A DNA stretch of 63,441 nt, filler included, from Klebsormidium nitens (lineage: Eukaryota > Plantae > Klebsormidiophyceae), in the NCBI GenBank assembly GCA_000708835.1. It is 6 parts of 6 records of this genome, joined end to end, with 100 filler letters (N's around TTAATTAATTAA, not from the genome) between each part and the next. Parts side by side here need not be neighbours in the genome. Positions count along the whole stretch, not along the records: positions 1 to 28,194 come from DF237812.1; 5 more parts are not named here. One strand, written 5' to 3'. Shown here piece by piece: positions 1-12,419 of this stretch. The notes under the pieces were generated by a model that saw only the letters and a program-made list of their open reading frames with translations, searched no databases and was not told the origin of the DNA. The position numbers and the translations under genes are program-made. The first letter of the stretch is position 1, and each line of letters begins with the position of its first letter.

Positions 1-31
1 GGTTGCTCGATAGTCGGAATTGCAAGCACCA

Positions 32-81
32 GGTGCGTCGTTAGTCCGACTTCAAATCCGAAGTCGGACTAACGACGCACC
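32..81. repeat. Perfect 22-bp inverted repeat with 6-nt loop, probably part of an interspersed element end
   Basis: GGTGCGTCGTTAGTCCGACTTC (32-53) and its exact reverse complement GAAGTCGGACTAACGACGCACC (60-81), loop AAATCC. Confidence 0.85.
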
Positions 82-427
82 ACAGAGCTGCATTCGACCC
101 CGGCCTGCGGCCGCTCGCCGTACGGGGGTCCAATGTAATGGAGGTCTAAGAAAGTGTTAAAGGCTTCACAGCTCTACCTCAGGATTGACAGGTAGGTACT
201 TCAAAAGGAGGAAGACAAGTCCCCTGGGCCGGAGGCTGAGCTTGACAGGGGCGACGATTGAGAGACATCATGTCTGACATGCAGAGTAGGTTGGTGAAGC
301 ATTAATTTGGTGGTGAAGCTTGAAACCCCACGCTGAGTGTGCTCATCCTGGGTCTAGCACTGGCAGCAGTGGAAGGAGATTGCTGCAACTAAGCTTCTAC
401 AAGTTTCAAACGGAAGATCCCTACATC

Positions 428-3400
428 ATGGCAGCTGTCCTGGAGGGCAAGGGCAATGCCCTGTATCTTGCTGCGGACTATGATGCAGCTTTGAAGTGCT
501 ACACCCAGGGGTTGGAAATGGAACCCAGCAATGCAAGCCTTCATACCAGCCGGGCGGGAGCGCATCTGATGCTGGGAGACTTAACTGGTAAGCATTGCGC
601 ACAGATAGCTGTAATCTAGCTCTACCAGCCTGAAGCTTCTGAACAAACCACGAGGTCCGAGGAGGAGTTTCAGAAGCGGCATGTATCTTGTCTGACACAC
701 TGTTGCATCGTCAATCACACGCGCCTTCAATCTGTGACACAGATGGACACTTTTGAAGCATGACAAGATGAGTTGTACTTCCTGTTCGCTTACTTTTGGC
801 CCTTCTTTTATGTTGGTGCACAGGCATGGTCCTGCTCCCCTTGTGGTGCTCCAGTAACGTGCTAAGAAGAGGCCAAGATCACCAGCAATTTTTGTACTTT
901 GCAGCTGCTATCATGGATGCAAACAAGGCCATCGAAATTGACCCCAGCATGAGTTTGGCGTACCTAAGAAAAGGGTGAGATATCGCGACTGGCATCGTAC
1001 TTGACTACCTATTCTGGCTCTGGGCTGGAGTAAATATATCCTTGGTGTTCTGAGGCTTTTGAATGTCCTCAGGGGAGTTCTCTGGATTGGTTTGTCAACT
1101 TCATTGCGGTCGTCTTGCAAATTAAGAACAGACAGGTCCTTTAATTACAAAGCCCGGTCCAGGCATCAGACGCATTCCCCACGTTTTGAACGTTCGTACT
1201 GCTTGAAGATGGGGAAATTTTGAGCGGTTTTCCTGAAGTATTCTGAGTCCTTTCAAATCCAGAAGTTAATGGGCAATGTTACCCTTGTTGAACGGCAGCA
1301 ATACAAGTCACAGCCTGCTAGACTTGCAATGAGAGCTGAAGCGATACCACGTCTTCCAACAATGATGCGATGCTTCTGATTGGTTGCGCAGAATGGCGTA
1401 TTTCTCGCTTGAGGACTGCCAGACTGCCAAGGCAACCTTCGAGGATGCGCTCAAGCTCCAAGTGAACCATCCCCAGTATGAGACATGGATTCGCAAGTGC
1501 GAATTGAAGCTGACAGGTAATGCTCTTCACATTGTGGCATTCCTCTTGCGCACAAAATGCGTACAAAATGTACAGACAAGCTTTCTCCTCCGTTGTCAGT
1601 CTTTCATCATCATCATTTCAAAACGACAAAGATTCATTTGCGAATTGACTCTTATCTGGAAGACGGTATGCACAGACGGCATATGCAGACTGATGAGACA
1701 TTGATGCTTAAGAGGCTTTGAAGAGAAATGGAGCTTATATCTATGGTTGAAATCGCTTTATCCCAGATGCTCGCTGCCCCAGACTCTTCTAAAAGCTGTG
1801 GAAAAGACCACCTGGGAACAGTAGGCGAATCAGCATGCTGCGGAGTATGTTTTTCTTCCTGTTCACTGTTCAACGTCATCTTTAAATTGCACCGCCCTAC
1901 ATTTGGTAAGCTTTTTGCAAACTCCGCTGTGTTCCTCGGGCAGACCCTGTATGGGGCCAACTCTAGAACTGTGCGAACGGTGTACTCTGCTAGCATGTAA
2001 CGTTCCTGACAACCTCTGCTTCTCTCTTCAGGTCCTGCTATTTCAACAACCGGAGGATCCGGTGCCAGTGGCAGTGGGCAACTGTCTAGAAATCGTAGTG
2101 AGTATGCTTTCTGAATTCGTCCCCGTCTGCCATCATTGTTGAGTCAGCATTGTTGAGTGGCCCTAAGTAATTCCAAAGTGCCCATCTAAGTAGTTGTGGT
2201 TTGTGCACTTAATCTTCAAGTTATTTCCAGCGCCGCGCTGCAGTTGTGCTGGGAAGCACAAAGTGCGCCAGCAATTCATTCCCAGTCGCTCTGGTCCTAA
2301 TGTATTGGTTGTATAGGTTCAAAGTGGATCATTGGGACGGTGTTTCTGTGATACCTATGGACTGTCTTCTTTGCACTGCGTTTATGCTACTTACCCAGAT
2401 CTTCAGTGCACCTTTGCCTCTGTGTACATGTGGCTGTGTCATCTCTGTGTTATTCAAGTAGAGGGGACTCATTGAGCAGGTTGCTTGCAATGTCCTGGTA
2501 TTTGAGAAATGGACGTCCTTATTGGCCGTGTGAAGCTCTGCTGCTCATCGCTGAGCACCAAGAAAAAGTTTGCAAGGTTCTGTACACCTCTTTGAACACC
2601 TCTTTCAGGGTCCAGCGACGATGAGGCTTGGAGTGCCGAGATTGAGCAAGCGGTGGAGGGGGTTACTGCGCACGCGTTCACGGAACTGGATGAGCAGGGG
2701 GTGCTGCATCAAGAGATTTGGGAGCACCCCCAGGCTCGCATAAAGAACCTTGGGATCCCAAAGTACGGGACGCAGCCAAGCCTCCTCCTCCATAAACTTC
2801 CAGAACGAGGCGAGCGGGGAATTAGCAAAGCAAACGAGCTTAAAGCCACGTGCGACGGTCTCCAAAGTGGGGTTGGGCCGCTCGGTCGCACGGTCCTCGG
2901 ACTGGGCCCCTCGGGGGTGGGGAAGACGCGCACGCTCCACGAGCTGTTGTGTGAGCTGTATGGTTTCTATGGCAGCCTCAGCGCGGCGGGGGAACCGGGG
3001 TCACGCGTTTTTGAGGCGGCTTTGATGCGCTTTCACGAGCAGTTTGGGCCAGACTTCGACCAAGCTGCGCGACATCCCAATCCCGACCTCTTAGCCAGCT
3101 TCCGCGGACAACGTTCGAAGGACGCCATCAAGTTCCTCGTCCGCATCTTGCTGGCGTACGCTCTGGGCCTGCTCGCATTCCTCAAGCGCTTTGGAGAGGC
3201 AGCGACGCCCAAAAAATACCTCCTGTTCCAGCTCATTGGGGCAGGCAAGCAAGCGGTGAGTCTCTTGTGTTCGATCCCATCAGGCGAGTGTCATGACCTG
3301 GGGTCGCAGCTTTAAAAATTGTGCATGACAAACTGCGCAATCAGTTGAGGTGTGCATTTGCATTAGTCTTCAGATTGCTCATCAAACCGCTTGAACGACT

Positions 3401-5893
3401 AGAGGGAATGTCGCTGACCACTGGACCAGTGGTGTGACCTTCTTACCAGCTGAAGCAGGCGGCTGGCTTGGAATGTTCTGGGGACTCTCAGCAGCCGCAG
3501 TCGGAGTCTTCTTTGGACGCAATCTCGCATGAGTTGCTTACTTTGCAACTAGACAACTTTGCATCTAGAGAATCTTAGTGAGTGCATTCTTTTTCTTGCA
3601 GGACTGGGTACTGCAGATCTGGGAACTGCTGCTTCCTCTCTCCTACGAGTCGGTTGTAAGCAAGCTGCGTGTCATCACCGACGAGCTCCTAGAGCGGACG
3701 GGCCAGGTCTACTTTCCAGCCGCCGTTGATGAGGCTCAAGTCGGGCTGAGAACGCCGGGGTGGTTCGAGGGCACCACGGAGGGGACCGGACGCCCACTCT
3801 TAAGTGCCTTGATCCGACAGTTGGGAGACTCCGTGTTCGAGGGCTACATGTTCCCCTTCACCGGTGAGGGCAGCTTCTTCTGGCATTACACAGGGCAGGG
3901 CGTCTCAGTCTCTAAACTGCTGTCATGCCGTGACCTATGATGATGATCAATAGCTCCATGTAAGCTTCCCCGGATTTCCTGTCAAAAGTAAAGGAAGTCT
4001 TGCGTGACTTGTGCCGACGATGATAGATTCTCTGGGCTAGGATCACCCTTGTCTTTCCGATTCCCTTTATGTTTGTGGCCACCAGAGCACCTGCTCCAAG
4101 CGTTGCGAGTTGGGTTTCATGGCTGGCAGTGACCGCAGTTGTGTATCAGGGCGCATGAAACCGGGTTACCAGACGGTCTCGGACTATCGAAAACTTGGCT
4201 TCAGATAAACCGGCAAAGCCACAATTGACCTTCCCCACAGACCACAACTTTCTGCTTTCTGCTGCGCTACTTTTTGAAGAGAGCTGCCTTTTGGGCAATC
4301 GAGTGTTCCTTGTTATCGGCTCCGCGAGGCATGCGGTTTGGCATCACCAATTTTGCTCTAACCCAAGAATGACCATAGATAAGATGAAGGGACTTGTCTT
4401 CGTTAGTCAACCTTATCGTCTTCAACAACGGTTTCCCTCGGGCATGGTAAGGTCGCCCTCGCCCTGCCAGAATATCCTTGTTGCTTCAGTCCGCTGCCAA
4501 ACAATCGTTTGCATCGTCGTTTGCAGGCACCGGGTTTGCGATTGCTTCTACCACCGTGCTTGAGACGGGTCTTGCAAAGCAAGGCAGGCATGTGATCTTT
4601 CACGATTATGGCGCCTTCACGGGAGAGTCCGCCAAGGCTTTCGCTAAAGAGTACCTGGGGCGGATGCCCAGCGGGGTCGAGGAGCTGTGGGGAAAGCTGG
4701 TCGCGGGTCGTTATAGATTCACGGTCCAGCTTGTTAACTACATGCTGGAGGAGCCCAATATGCGGCTAGAGCGGGCATTTCAGGAGCTGCGGAGCGAGCA
4801 CACGAATCTGGCTGGGGAGCCCACCTCCAAGACGCTCATGGGCAAATTGCGGCTGTTGAAAGCGAACCTGGTAAATGCTGACCCGAAGAAGTATAACCAC
4901 TTTACGATGCAGCTGAGGGAACTTTTGACGGACCGTTATTTGCTTGGGAGCGGCACCGTGCTAGCGCTGCAGGACGTGGACCTGATTGAGCTCGGTTTCT
5001 GCTTCCTGAGGACTCTGGGCAACCGGCAGACGATGCAGAATCTGTGGGCGATCCTTCAGGAGCCGCTCCCAGCAATCGTAGCAAGAGAGTTTCTGGAGTC
5101 GGAGGGCCTCTGGAACGTGGAGCAAGCGGCCCGCGGCCTCATGTTGAGCCTGCCCTCTGAGCCCTCGGTCTTGGGCCTTGCGTGGGAATGGTTCATTCCC
5201 CTCGCACAGCGGGCTTTCCTCAATCAGGCGAACTTCTCAAGCCACCCCCTCATTAAAAAGATCAGCAACCCCCCTTCCTGCTTCCGCCGCAAGTCGCGCA
5301 TCGTCAGTCTCCCCGGCAAGCGCACGAGCTCCATCGGCATCGGAGACAACTACCTAGTACGGCATGCAGATGAGGATTACGGACTGATCGAATTCGCCTG
5401 TGACCCCGGAGGTCTGACCTTCCTGTTTCCGGAGATCTGGGCTGGCCCGGATCTTGCAAACTTCGCCTACTTTGGGCCGGAGCTCTGGTTCGTTATGCTG
5501 CAGAGCCGGCTGCGTAATGAATTACGCAACAAAATGCAGGCGTTGAACACTGTCCGGCTAAGAACCATGTGGGGGGGGCGTGCAGACAAGGAAGAGAAGC
5601 GGGAGGCGCTGGTGAAGGCGCTGCAGAACCGGAACGTGAAGGGCATCTTGCGAATGATTGTCCTTTACCCGGGGGAGACAAGCTTGAATTGCTACGTGGA
5701 GACCGAGCTGCGTACATCGGGGCGGCTAGAGAAATCGCATGCGTTTGAGGAGGTCCAGATAGTCATTGATGCTACAAATGCACACGAGTACTTCCGTGCG
5801 GAGGACCTTAGCTTTGTAGACTGCCTAAAGAACCGGCCGGCGCTTGGAGCGAGCATGGTCGGGGGGCTAGAACAAGATGCCATGGAGTCGTGA
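428..5893 (+). CDS. Chimeric protein: SGT1-like TPR domain + Crinkler/RHS-type P-loop NTPase + REase-fold C-terminal domain (898 aa, 7 exons)
   Basis: Exons 428-587, 905-974, 1392-1516, 2032-2097, 2609-3255, 3602-3863, 4527-5893. All junctions are GT-AG with compatible phases (1,2,1,1,0,1); total 2697 nt, no internal stop. TPR: MAAVLEGKGNALY...AAIMDANKAIEIDPSMSLAYLRKG...WIRKCELKL. Walker A GPSGVGKT, Walker B AAVDEAQ, RPLLSALIR, FTGTGF across a splice junction, GRYRFT, and REase-like LAWEWF...FPEIWAGPDL...MLQSR. Confidence 0.75.
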
Positions 5894-6767
5894 GGGGACG
5901 ATAGCCAAGGGGCCGAGACTTGATTGACCGCATGAGACTCCATTGAGGACATCGGAGGAACGTTTCGCTGGAATGACGCTAGACTGTCTTGATGAAGTGT
6001 CTGCGGGTCTGCTTGAGCTGTGAGATGTATGCACTGGTGGATGAACTGTATCTTTTCACTAAATCCAATCTGGCAAGTTCAGCGACTATGTTGAGGAGCA
6101 ACTTAATGCTGCCTTCTTTAGCCATGCTCCTCATTGCTTCTTTCGCTACGGTCCTGTGTGGGGTAATGATTGAGGTAGAGGCAGCACGATACACTTCAAG
6201 GACTAAATGATGCTTGGGTGCCATAATCAGGTTACTAAGCTACTAGTATTGCATGCCCGGACGCCATGGCTGATTCGGTCATTTAGTATCGATGCATCTA
6301 TTGGCATGTCCATCTTATTATAAGTCGGATCGGGTTGGCATACCGTACCGGTATGTAGCAAGCGCTCTGGACTTGCGTACGTACATGCAAGATTTGAGAA
6401 AAAGACTATGGCCGCTCAAATTCTGCACATACGTTGAGTTTGTCAAGCAAGGCCCGGTACTCGTTTGAGCCCTACTTAGATGATCTAGCACGTTCCCCGT
6501 ATATTTGTTGCAAGGCTTGCACATTCAAGGGTCGGCGCTCATCATTAATACTTCAGCTCTATAGAAACTGATTATTGGAAAAGGGTATACCTTACCTAAT
6601 TGAGGTTTAGGCCGGCGCTTGGACTTTGCGCCCGCCGGGGGGATCCCCTGGAGACTGTGGCTCAACCATGGACCGGGTGTCGTGACGGGGTCCGACGTGA
6701 CCGACGGCGACGCCGCAACGGTCTTTGCGGCCTTGATTTTACGAACAAGGGTTTAGGTACCTACATC

Positions 6768-7000
6768 CGAATCACAAACCAAACCCCACATGGATTCCGT
6801 ATGGGAACCATGCGAATTCCACTTGCATGGAAGCCACCAACTTAGGCTATCTTTTGGCCCCGCATCGTCCACGGGCAGACTTCCGAATGGAGGCCATATG
6901 GGATCCATGCACATGGATGCCGCATGGGAACCATGCTGTGCGGAATTAATGCAATTACCATGCTGTGTCCATGCGGATTCCATGCGGAACCCACTCGGTT
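6768..7000. repeat. Left subterminal repeat array (CATGGATTCC/CCATGCGG motifs)
   Basis: Repeated catggattcc, gcatgggaacc, ggatccatgc, ggattccatgcgg within ~230 bp. Confidence 0.65.
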
Positions 7001-7726
7001 CATAGCTTATGCATACGGTACTGACGGCGCTTATATGCAAACTCGCCGGCATGCTTGCGGCACCCATTGTGGCATTCAATGCATCATTCAATCCTCGTCG
7101 GTATTCCACCCGAATATTGCAAAGCACGATCAGTCTGCTTGACTCCTACGGGTTCAACAATCGCAACTTGTTCAGTAGAAAGAAATCAAAGACAATCAGT
7201 CGGTTCACCTCTGTGCGCGCCTCAGTATCTCTACATACTCTGTGACTTAAAAGCTGTAGTTTGGAATCAACGAGCTGTTGACGGACACCTTAATCTGCTT
7301 GGACTGTCAGCCTACCTCTGGGTTCCAACTCTTACCCGACTTGAGTGCGGATTGATCTCGTGTATGCAGCACTTTGCACCGGAAGGCCTTCTCAAGAGGT
7401 GACTACACTCCTCCGTGATCGAAACTTGCGGTGCGCCGGCGCTGATGATGAACTGCAGGAGCGACAAGAAGCAAACGGCAGGGTTAGCATTCTGCGTTCT
7501 CGAAACCGTTACGAAGTTACGAAACCCGATGCGATCGAAACCCGTAGCACCACAACAACTGCTGATAACCAATCAGGGACTAGTCTCGCCTCTGCGGTTC
7601 ACCGTTCACCTTCGCATGTCTTCGTTTTGCGGAGGCGACTCCAGAAAGCTCTCAGGTACTAGTCGCTCAGCCTGAAAAAAGTCGTGGGTATAAGCAGGCG
7701 GCTCACTTCCACCGCGCGTCATTTCT

Positions 7727-8250
7727 AGAACAGACCCAAACTTCAGACCGGAAGAGCGCCTAAACCAATCTGAAACCCCTCACCTCGGCGTTGTCGAGCA
7801 ACCGCTCCACCATTGCCCTCCTTCCAGTCCAGCATACTCTCAAGCTTTCCCAGCACGTCGTTTGGGAAAGGGGGAGCATATCAAACAGACCCAAAACTCA
7901 ACCCGTCTTTGAACCCAAACTCAGAACCCTCACCTCGAAGTCGTCCAGCAATCGCTCCACGACGTTTGCAGCCCAGTCCACCATACTAGACAGTAATAAA
8001 AGCAAACACCTGGTCAAAAGCTGACCCGAAAGCGGACCCCGTAGAACCCAAGATACAAACCCTCACCTCGGCGTCGCCTAGCAGTCGCTCAACGTCGCCG
8101 ACGTTTCACTGTCCAGCTTACTCTCCAGATTCCTTAGTGCGTGGTTTGCAGAAGACGAAGCATCTCAGAGCAAACGCAAACCCAAATTCCGTCTCAGACA
8201 CAACTTCGAATGCCTCACCTCGACGTCTATCAGCACTCGCTCCCCGACCC
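7727..8250 (-). repeat. Four degenerate tandem units (133-152 bp), each ending on the minus strand in a short xERLLxDxE-like coding stretch followed by a GAG|GTGAGG donor
   Basis: Core CCTCACCTCG on + with minus-strand donor G at 7783, 7933, 8066, 8218. Minus-strand peptides VERLLDNAE, VERLLDDFE, VERLLGDAE, GERVLIDVE. Confidence 0.7.
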
Positions 8251-8366
8251 CCTCCCCTCGGTCCAATATCATCATCAACTTCTAGAGCGCTTCAATTTCA
8301 AATTCGTAAGCTTCTCAAATTAAAACCACAGGCGGAGAATGAAAGGTCTTTTTCATAGCTTCAAAG

Positions 8367-11300
8367 TCACGTACTTTTAGGCGTCCTCAGGAAGCACCCC
8401 GTCGTCTTCCGCCCCATCTCGCGGCACACGTCCTCGTCCGGCCCTCCGAGGCGGAAGGTGAGGATCAGGTTCTCGTCGCCGGCCGGGGGCGGCTTGTGGC
8501 GGGGCACGACCTCGAACTTGTCGTTCGGCAGGCGGCCGTCCAGATGGAGCTGCCAGATGTGCCGGGCCAGGTCTTCGATCTTTGTTGCGGTCCTGATGGA
8601 CGTTCGTACCGTACTGCTGAGCGTCTTGTCCAAGAAGGCGAGGTCGCCCTGAAAGGATGCGACCAGATGTCAGCAATAAAGCCGGCAGGTAAGAGCAAGC
8701 TCGTAGAGTCGCTGAGAGGAGACCTGAGCCAGTATCGGCCAATCTGCTGTTGCACAGGTACATCGTCGTCTTGATTTCCACTAAGAAAGCGGTGACCTGC
8801 AGAAATGTATGGTCAAGTTTGCAGGCTCGGCAGAATTTCTTTTCAGAACACAAAACATGGTCGAGAGACAGGAGAGCACGTCAACATATTGTCATTTTGA
8901 AGCAACGTTCCTGGACGGGGTGCGGAAAAGGACCTTGCGGAAAGCTTTCAAAAGACACCCAAATTCATCTTGAGAGAGAACACTGAAGCACATGGCGTAC
9001 ATTCAAAAGATGGTATCGAACGTTGCTGGCAGACCTGTAGGGCCTGAAGTGGCCCAGACCACGCCAAAGTCTGCAAGAGAGTTCCGACATATGAAAGGCC
9101 AAAAATGCACGGAAGTTGAGCAACAGTGTGGATCAGGCTCTGCCGCACCCTGTGTTGAGACTTGGAAAAAACCTTCTCTCAATTTCGTTCCAATTCTGCG
9201 GCGGAGACAATTGAAAGTTTTTCTTAGGACAAAAGTACGGCCATGACAGCGAGGTCGACCAACAGTGCACTTCAGCAGCTGCAATCTGGTCTGGAAGCAG
9301 ACTCTCAATCGGGTTAAAGAACGGTTCAGCCGTTGAGCGTAACAAACGGCGAATCCTACCCGTTTTCGGGAAAGCATCTATCAAGCGTCTGAAATCAGGG
9401 CCAAAATTTTCCACGGTCTGCCGTGTCCCCAACTGCTATTTCCTTTTCAACGAAGCTTGGAAACTCACACGTGGGTGATGAACGCCAGCATGTCGGTCCG
9501 GAAGCGGAGCGGCTCGGCGAGCAAAGCGTTCTCGCCGCTCAACGCAACAGCAGCCGCCTTGTAGAACCCGTCACCCTTCTAGCCTTCGGTCACGCAAGTT
9601 CAATCGCCACGCAGCCACGTTTTGCCTGCAGAAGCCAAGAGCTTTCACCAGATTCATGTCGCCAACGACCATCGAACATATCAAGTTGGCCCGTGCATGG
9701 GCTAGACCAGAAGATAAATAAGCCGAAAGGCTCTTTGAGTCCAAGAATGGAAATTTGGTCTAATTACATAGTGATGTCAAGGTGACCAGACAAGAAGCTG
9801 ACTGGGCCGGAGATTTACATAACCAGATCAAGGTGCACAACGCTCATGAAAACCCTTTCAAGCGCCGTGTGTATGGCAGCTTCCAAAACTCTCTACATGC
9901 GTGACCAATTTTCTCCATGCAGCGAACAACTAGAGACGGACGTCAGAAAATGCGGGCTGGCAATTTTGAGGCGCAACTTATGAAGTTGAGATCTAATGAA
10001 ATTTTCATAGGACTGGCGCTGCCCCTCAGAAGCATATGGCCGAGGAGCTGCGCAGCAGGCCAAAAGGTAAATAGACCAGAGATATTTTAAGGAAGCTCTG
10101 CAAAACTCCTTCAGTACCTTGAGCAGAAATGAGCAGGCCCTAAAAGAAGCCCTAAACTATTGGAGTCTCCTGGAGATGGCAGGAACATGTAGAAAAAAGA
10201 GGCTCTTTCAATACTCACATTGATGACTTTTGGGGTTAAGAACTGAGCCATGAGATATTCATGTGCCTTGAGCAGCACCTGCTCTTGCTTGTCGTGCGCT
10301 GCATTCTTCAGATGCGCCATGCGCATATTCACTTCTTCGTTTTGCCGCATGGGCTGTCGCAGTGCCAGAAGCTGGTCTGCATTGTGCGGCCGGTCTGCAA
10401 GATATAACAAACGCATCATGTTGCAGAAGATGACTATAGTTGGCCGGCTACTAGGTCAATGGACTCACTGTGTGCAGATTGCAGACAGGAGTCAACAACA
10501 ATCAGCCTCCTGCACAAACCAACCTTCTCACAGATATACTCTCTGATCAAAGATGTTCCTAACAATCTACCACTGGCTGCCCTGAATAAAGCTTGGGAAT
10601 GACTAATGTCTCATGTAAGCTTTCAACTCAAGCGTTATGCGCAATCGGATTGAATCTGGCAAAAAACACTTGTTTGAATGTCCCCTTGCAATTGCAATGA
10701 ATCACAATCACCTGGCAGCACATCAAGCTGCATCTGACACACCCGTGTACTTAGAATTCATGTGTTTCCAATCGCTCAAGCTCTTCACAGTCTTCCGTGC
10801 GCCTACCTATTGCAGCAGGTTGGGACTAAATCACTCTTGCACTTGGAACAGATCCTTCATTTGGAAGCATGGACTCCTGGCATGGCATATCGTTGACCAT
10901 CTATGGCAAACACAAGGTCCTTTTGCATACAGCCTAAGCAGGCAACTACCACTGAAGAATAGAAGCTAGATGATACTAATCCATTTCACCTTCCAATGTC
11001 AATGCCTCCGTTGCATCACTCAATCAATGAATATATAAATTCCGAAAATGCTTGTGTGAATACAGGAGTCGAATGCACAAAGCTGATTAAAATCGTGACT
11101 AAACGGATGCAAAGAAGATGAAGTTACTTTCAGCTATAGCGACTTCTCTTGACCTTTTAAAAGCAGACTTGCAGGTGGACTTAGCAGGGGTTTGATACTC
11201 ACCAGTCTGTGCAGTGCAGCCATTTGCTCTGCCAGTGCTTGGCGCTCTCCCACCATCGTGCTCTGCAGCGGCTTGCTGATCGCCTGATCCAGTCCTTGGT

Positions 11301-11590
11301 GCTGTCACTCTCACTGGAGAAAGCAGTGTACGGTGCCCTTTATTCATTGGAGCATGCAGATGCTTGAGCTGCTTCATCATGCGCTGCTCATAGGTCGACA
11401 ATCCTGGAGCAGTTTTTGGATCCATGTCTGGCGCGCTAGCGTCCTTTTCTGAGGGCGGATCCTCACAACTAGAACCTGCATTCTCCTTCTCTGCAAGTGA
11501 ACCCCCAGCTGGATCTGTGTCGACATCATCTGCCACGCGCTTCAATCGCTTCAGAGGAGCCCTTGCCTCATTCCTCGTCTTTCTCGGCAT
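8367..11590 (-). pseudogene. Multi-exon accessory gene of the transposon, unknown function, probably decayed
   Basis: Exon-like 11590-11128 (MPRKTRNEARAPLKRLKR..., basic NLS-like start, donor GTAACT), ~10419-10120 (helical ORF), and 8648-8375 (CAG acceptor, GC-rich, GDLAFLDKTL...). Intermediate exons were not resolved. Confidence 0.4.
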
Positions 11591-12419
11591 TCAATGAGGA
11601 TGCCGACTTTGAGACGTAGACCTGCTCGCCTACTCATGCCATTCCCCTTGAGCATGCTTGTCGCAAATGGTTGCCTTGCTGCAGCTTTAACAAACGGCTT
11701 TCGAACAGAGCGCAGACCCGGGCGCAGACCCTCCTTTTTGGTGCTGAGTGGATCCATTCTTCAACTTGTGGAAACCTGGAAGATAGTTGCTTTGAGCTCA
11801 CTGCAAGGCAATGCTTTCACATGCTACTCCCCTCAGGCTGCCCCTGGTCAACCTGCTCTTGAAGTGATCGAGGGCTTCTTCCACTTCCAGCTTCTTCCAA
11901 CATGGTCAGGAATACCGTATTCCAGGGACGGGATTTGACAGTGAAATCCACTTTTTAACAAATCCAACCCCTTATTCGCATGAAAGCCGTCTACCTACCT
12001 ATAAGATGCCGTATTAAAAGCCTTTTTGCGCGTTTTACCTGCTAATGTCTGAATCGTCGCGCGGATCGTCTGCTACCGTTTACTTGAACGGTGCTGCCAT
12101 TAAACAATATACGGTACCTACTCTGAAGGCTCTGTGGATTGTCATGCAGAATGATCAACAGCACTTGGCAGCAGTGCAGAAGAGATGCCATTTCAAGCAC
12201 AGGTCTTTTTCCAGCAAGAGGAGGACGGAGAAGTGGAAAGCTTCCCAACCTTAGGCTTTACAACCTTAGGTACCTACAATACTTTGCACAACTACTTTGC
12301 ATTTTTGGCGGCAGGCTGTCCGAATGGAAGAGGTGTAAGTGCACTGTAACTGCGTGGTCAGAGGCTTTTCAGGATCAGTCTCACAGAAGCCCGCACAGAA
12401 GCTGCCTCGGAATACCTTT

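Noticed and set aside
588-1391. Possible exon echoes in the TPR gene introns
   Set aside because: Similarity was too weak to distinguish from chance, so they were not counted.
7390-7470. SAP-domain-like peptide LLRDRNLRCAGADDELQER
   Set aside because: Too short and lacking key hydrophobic positions; no supporting exon structure.
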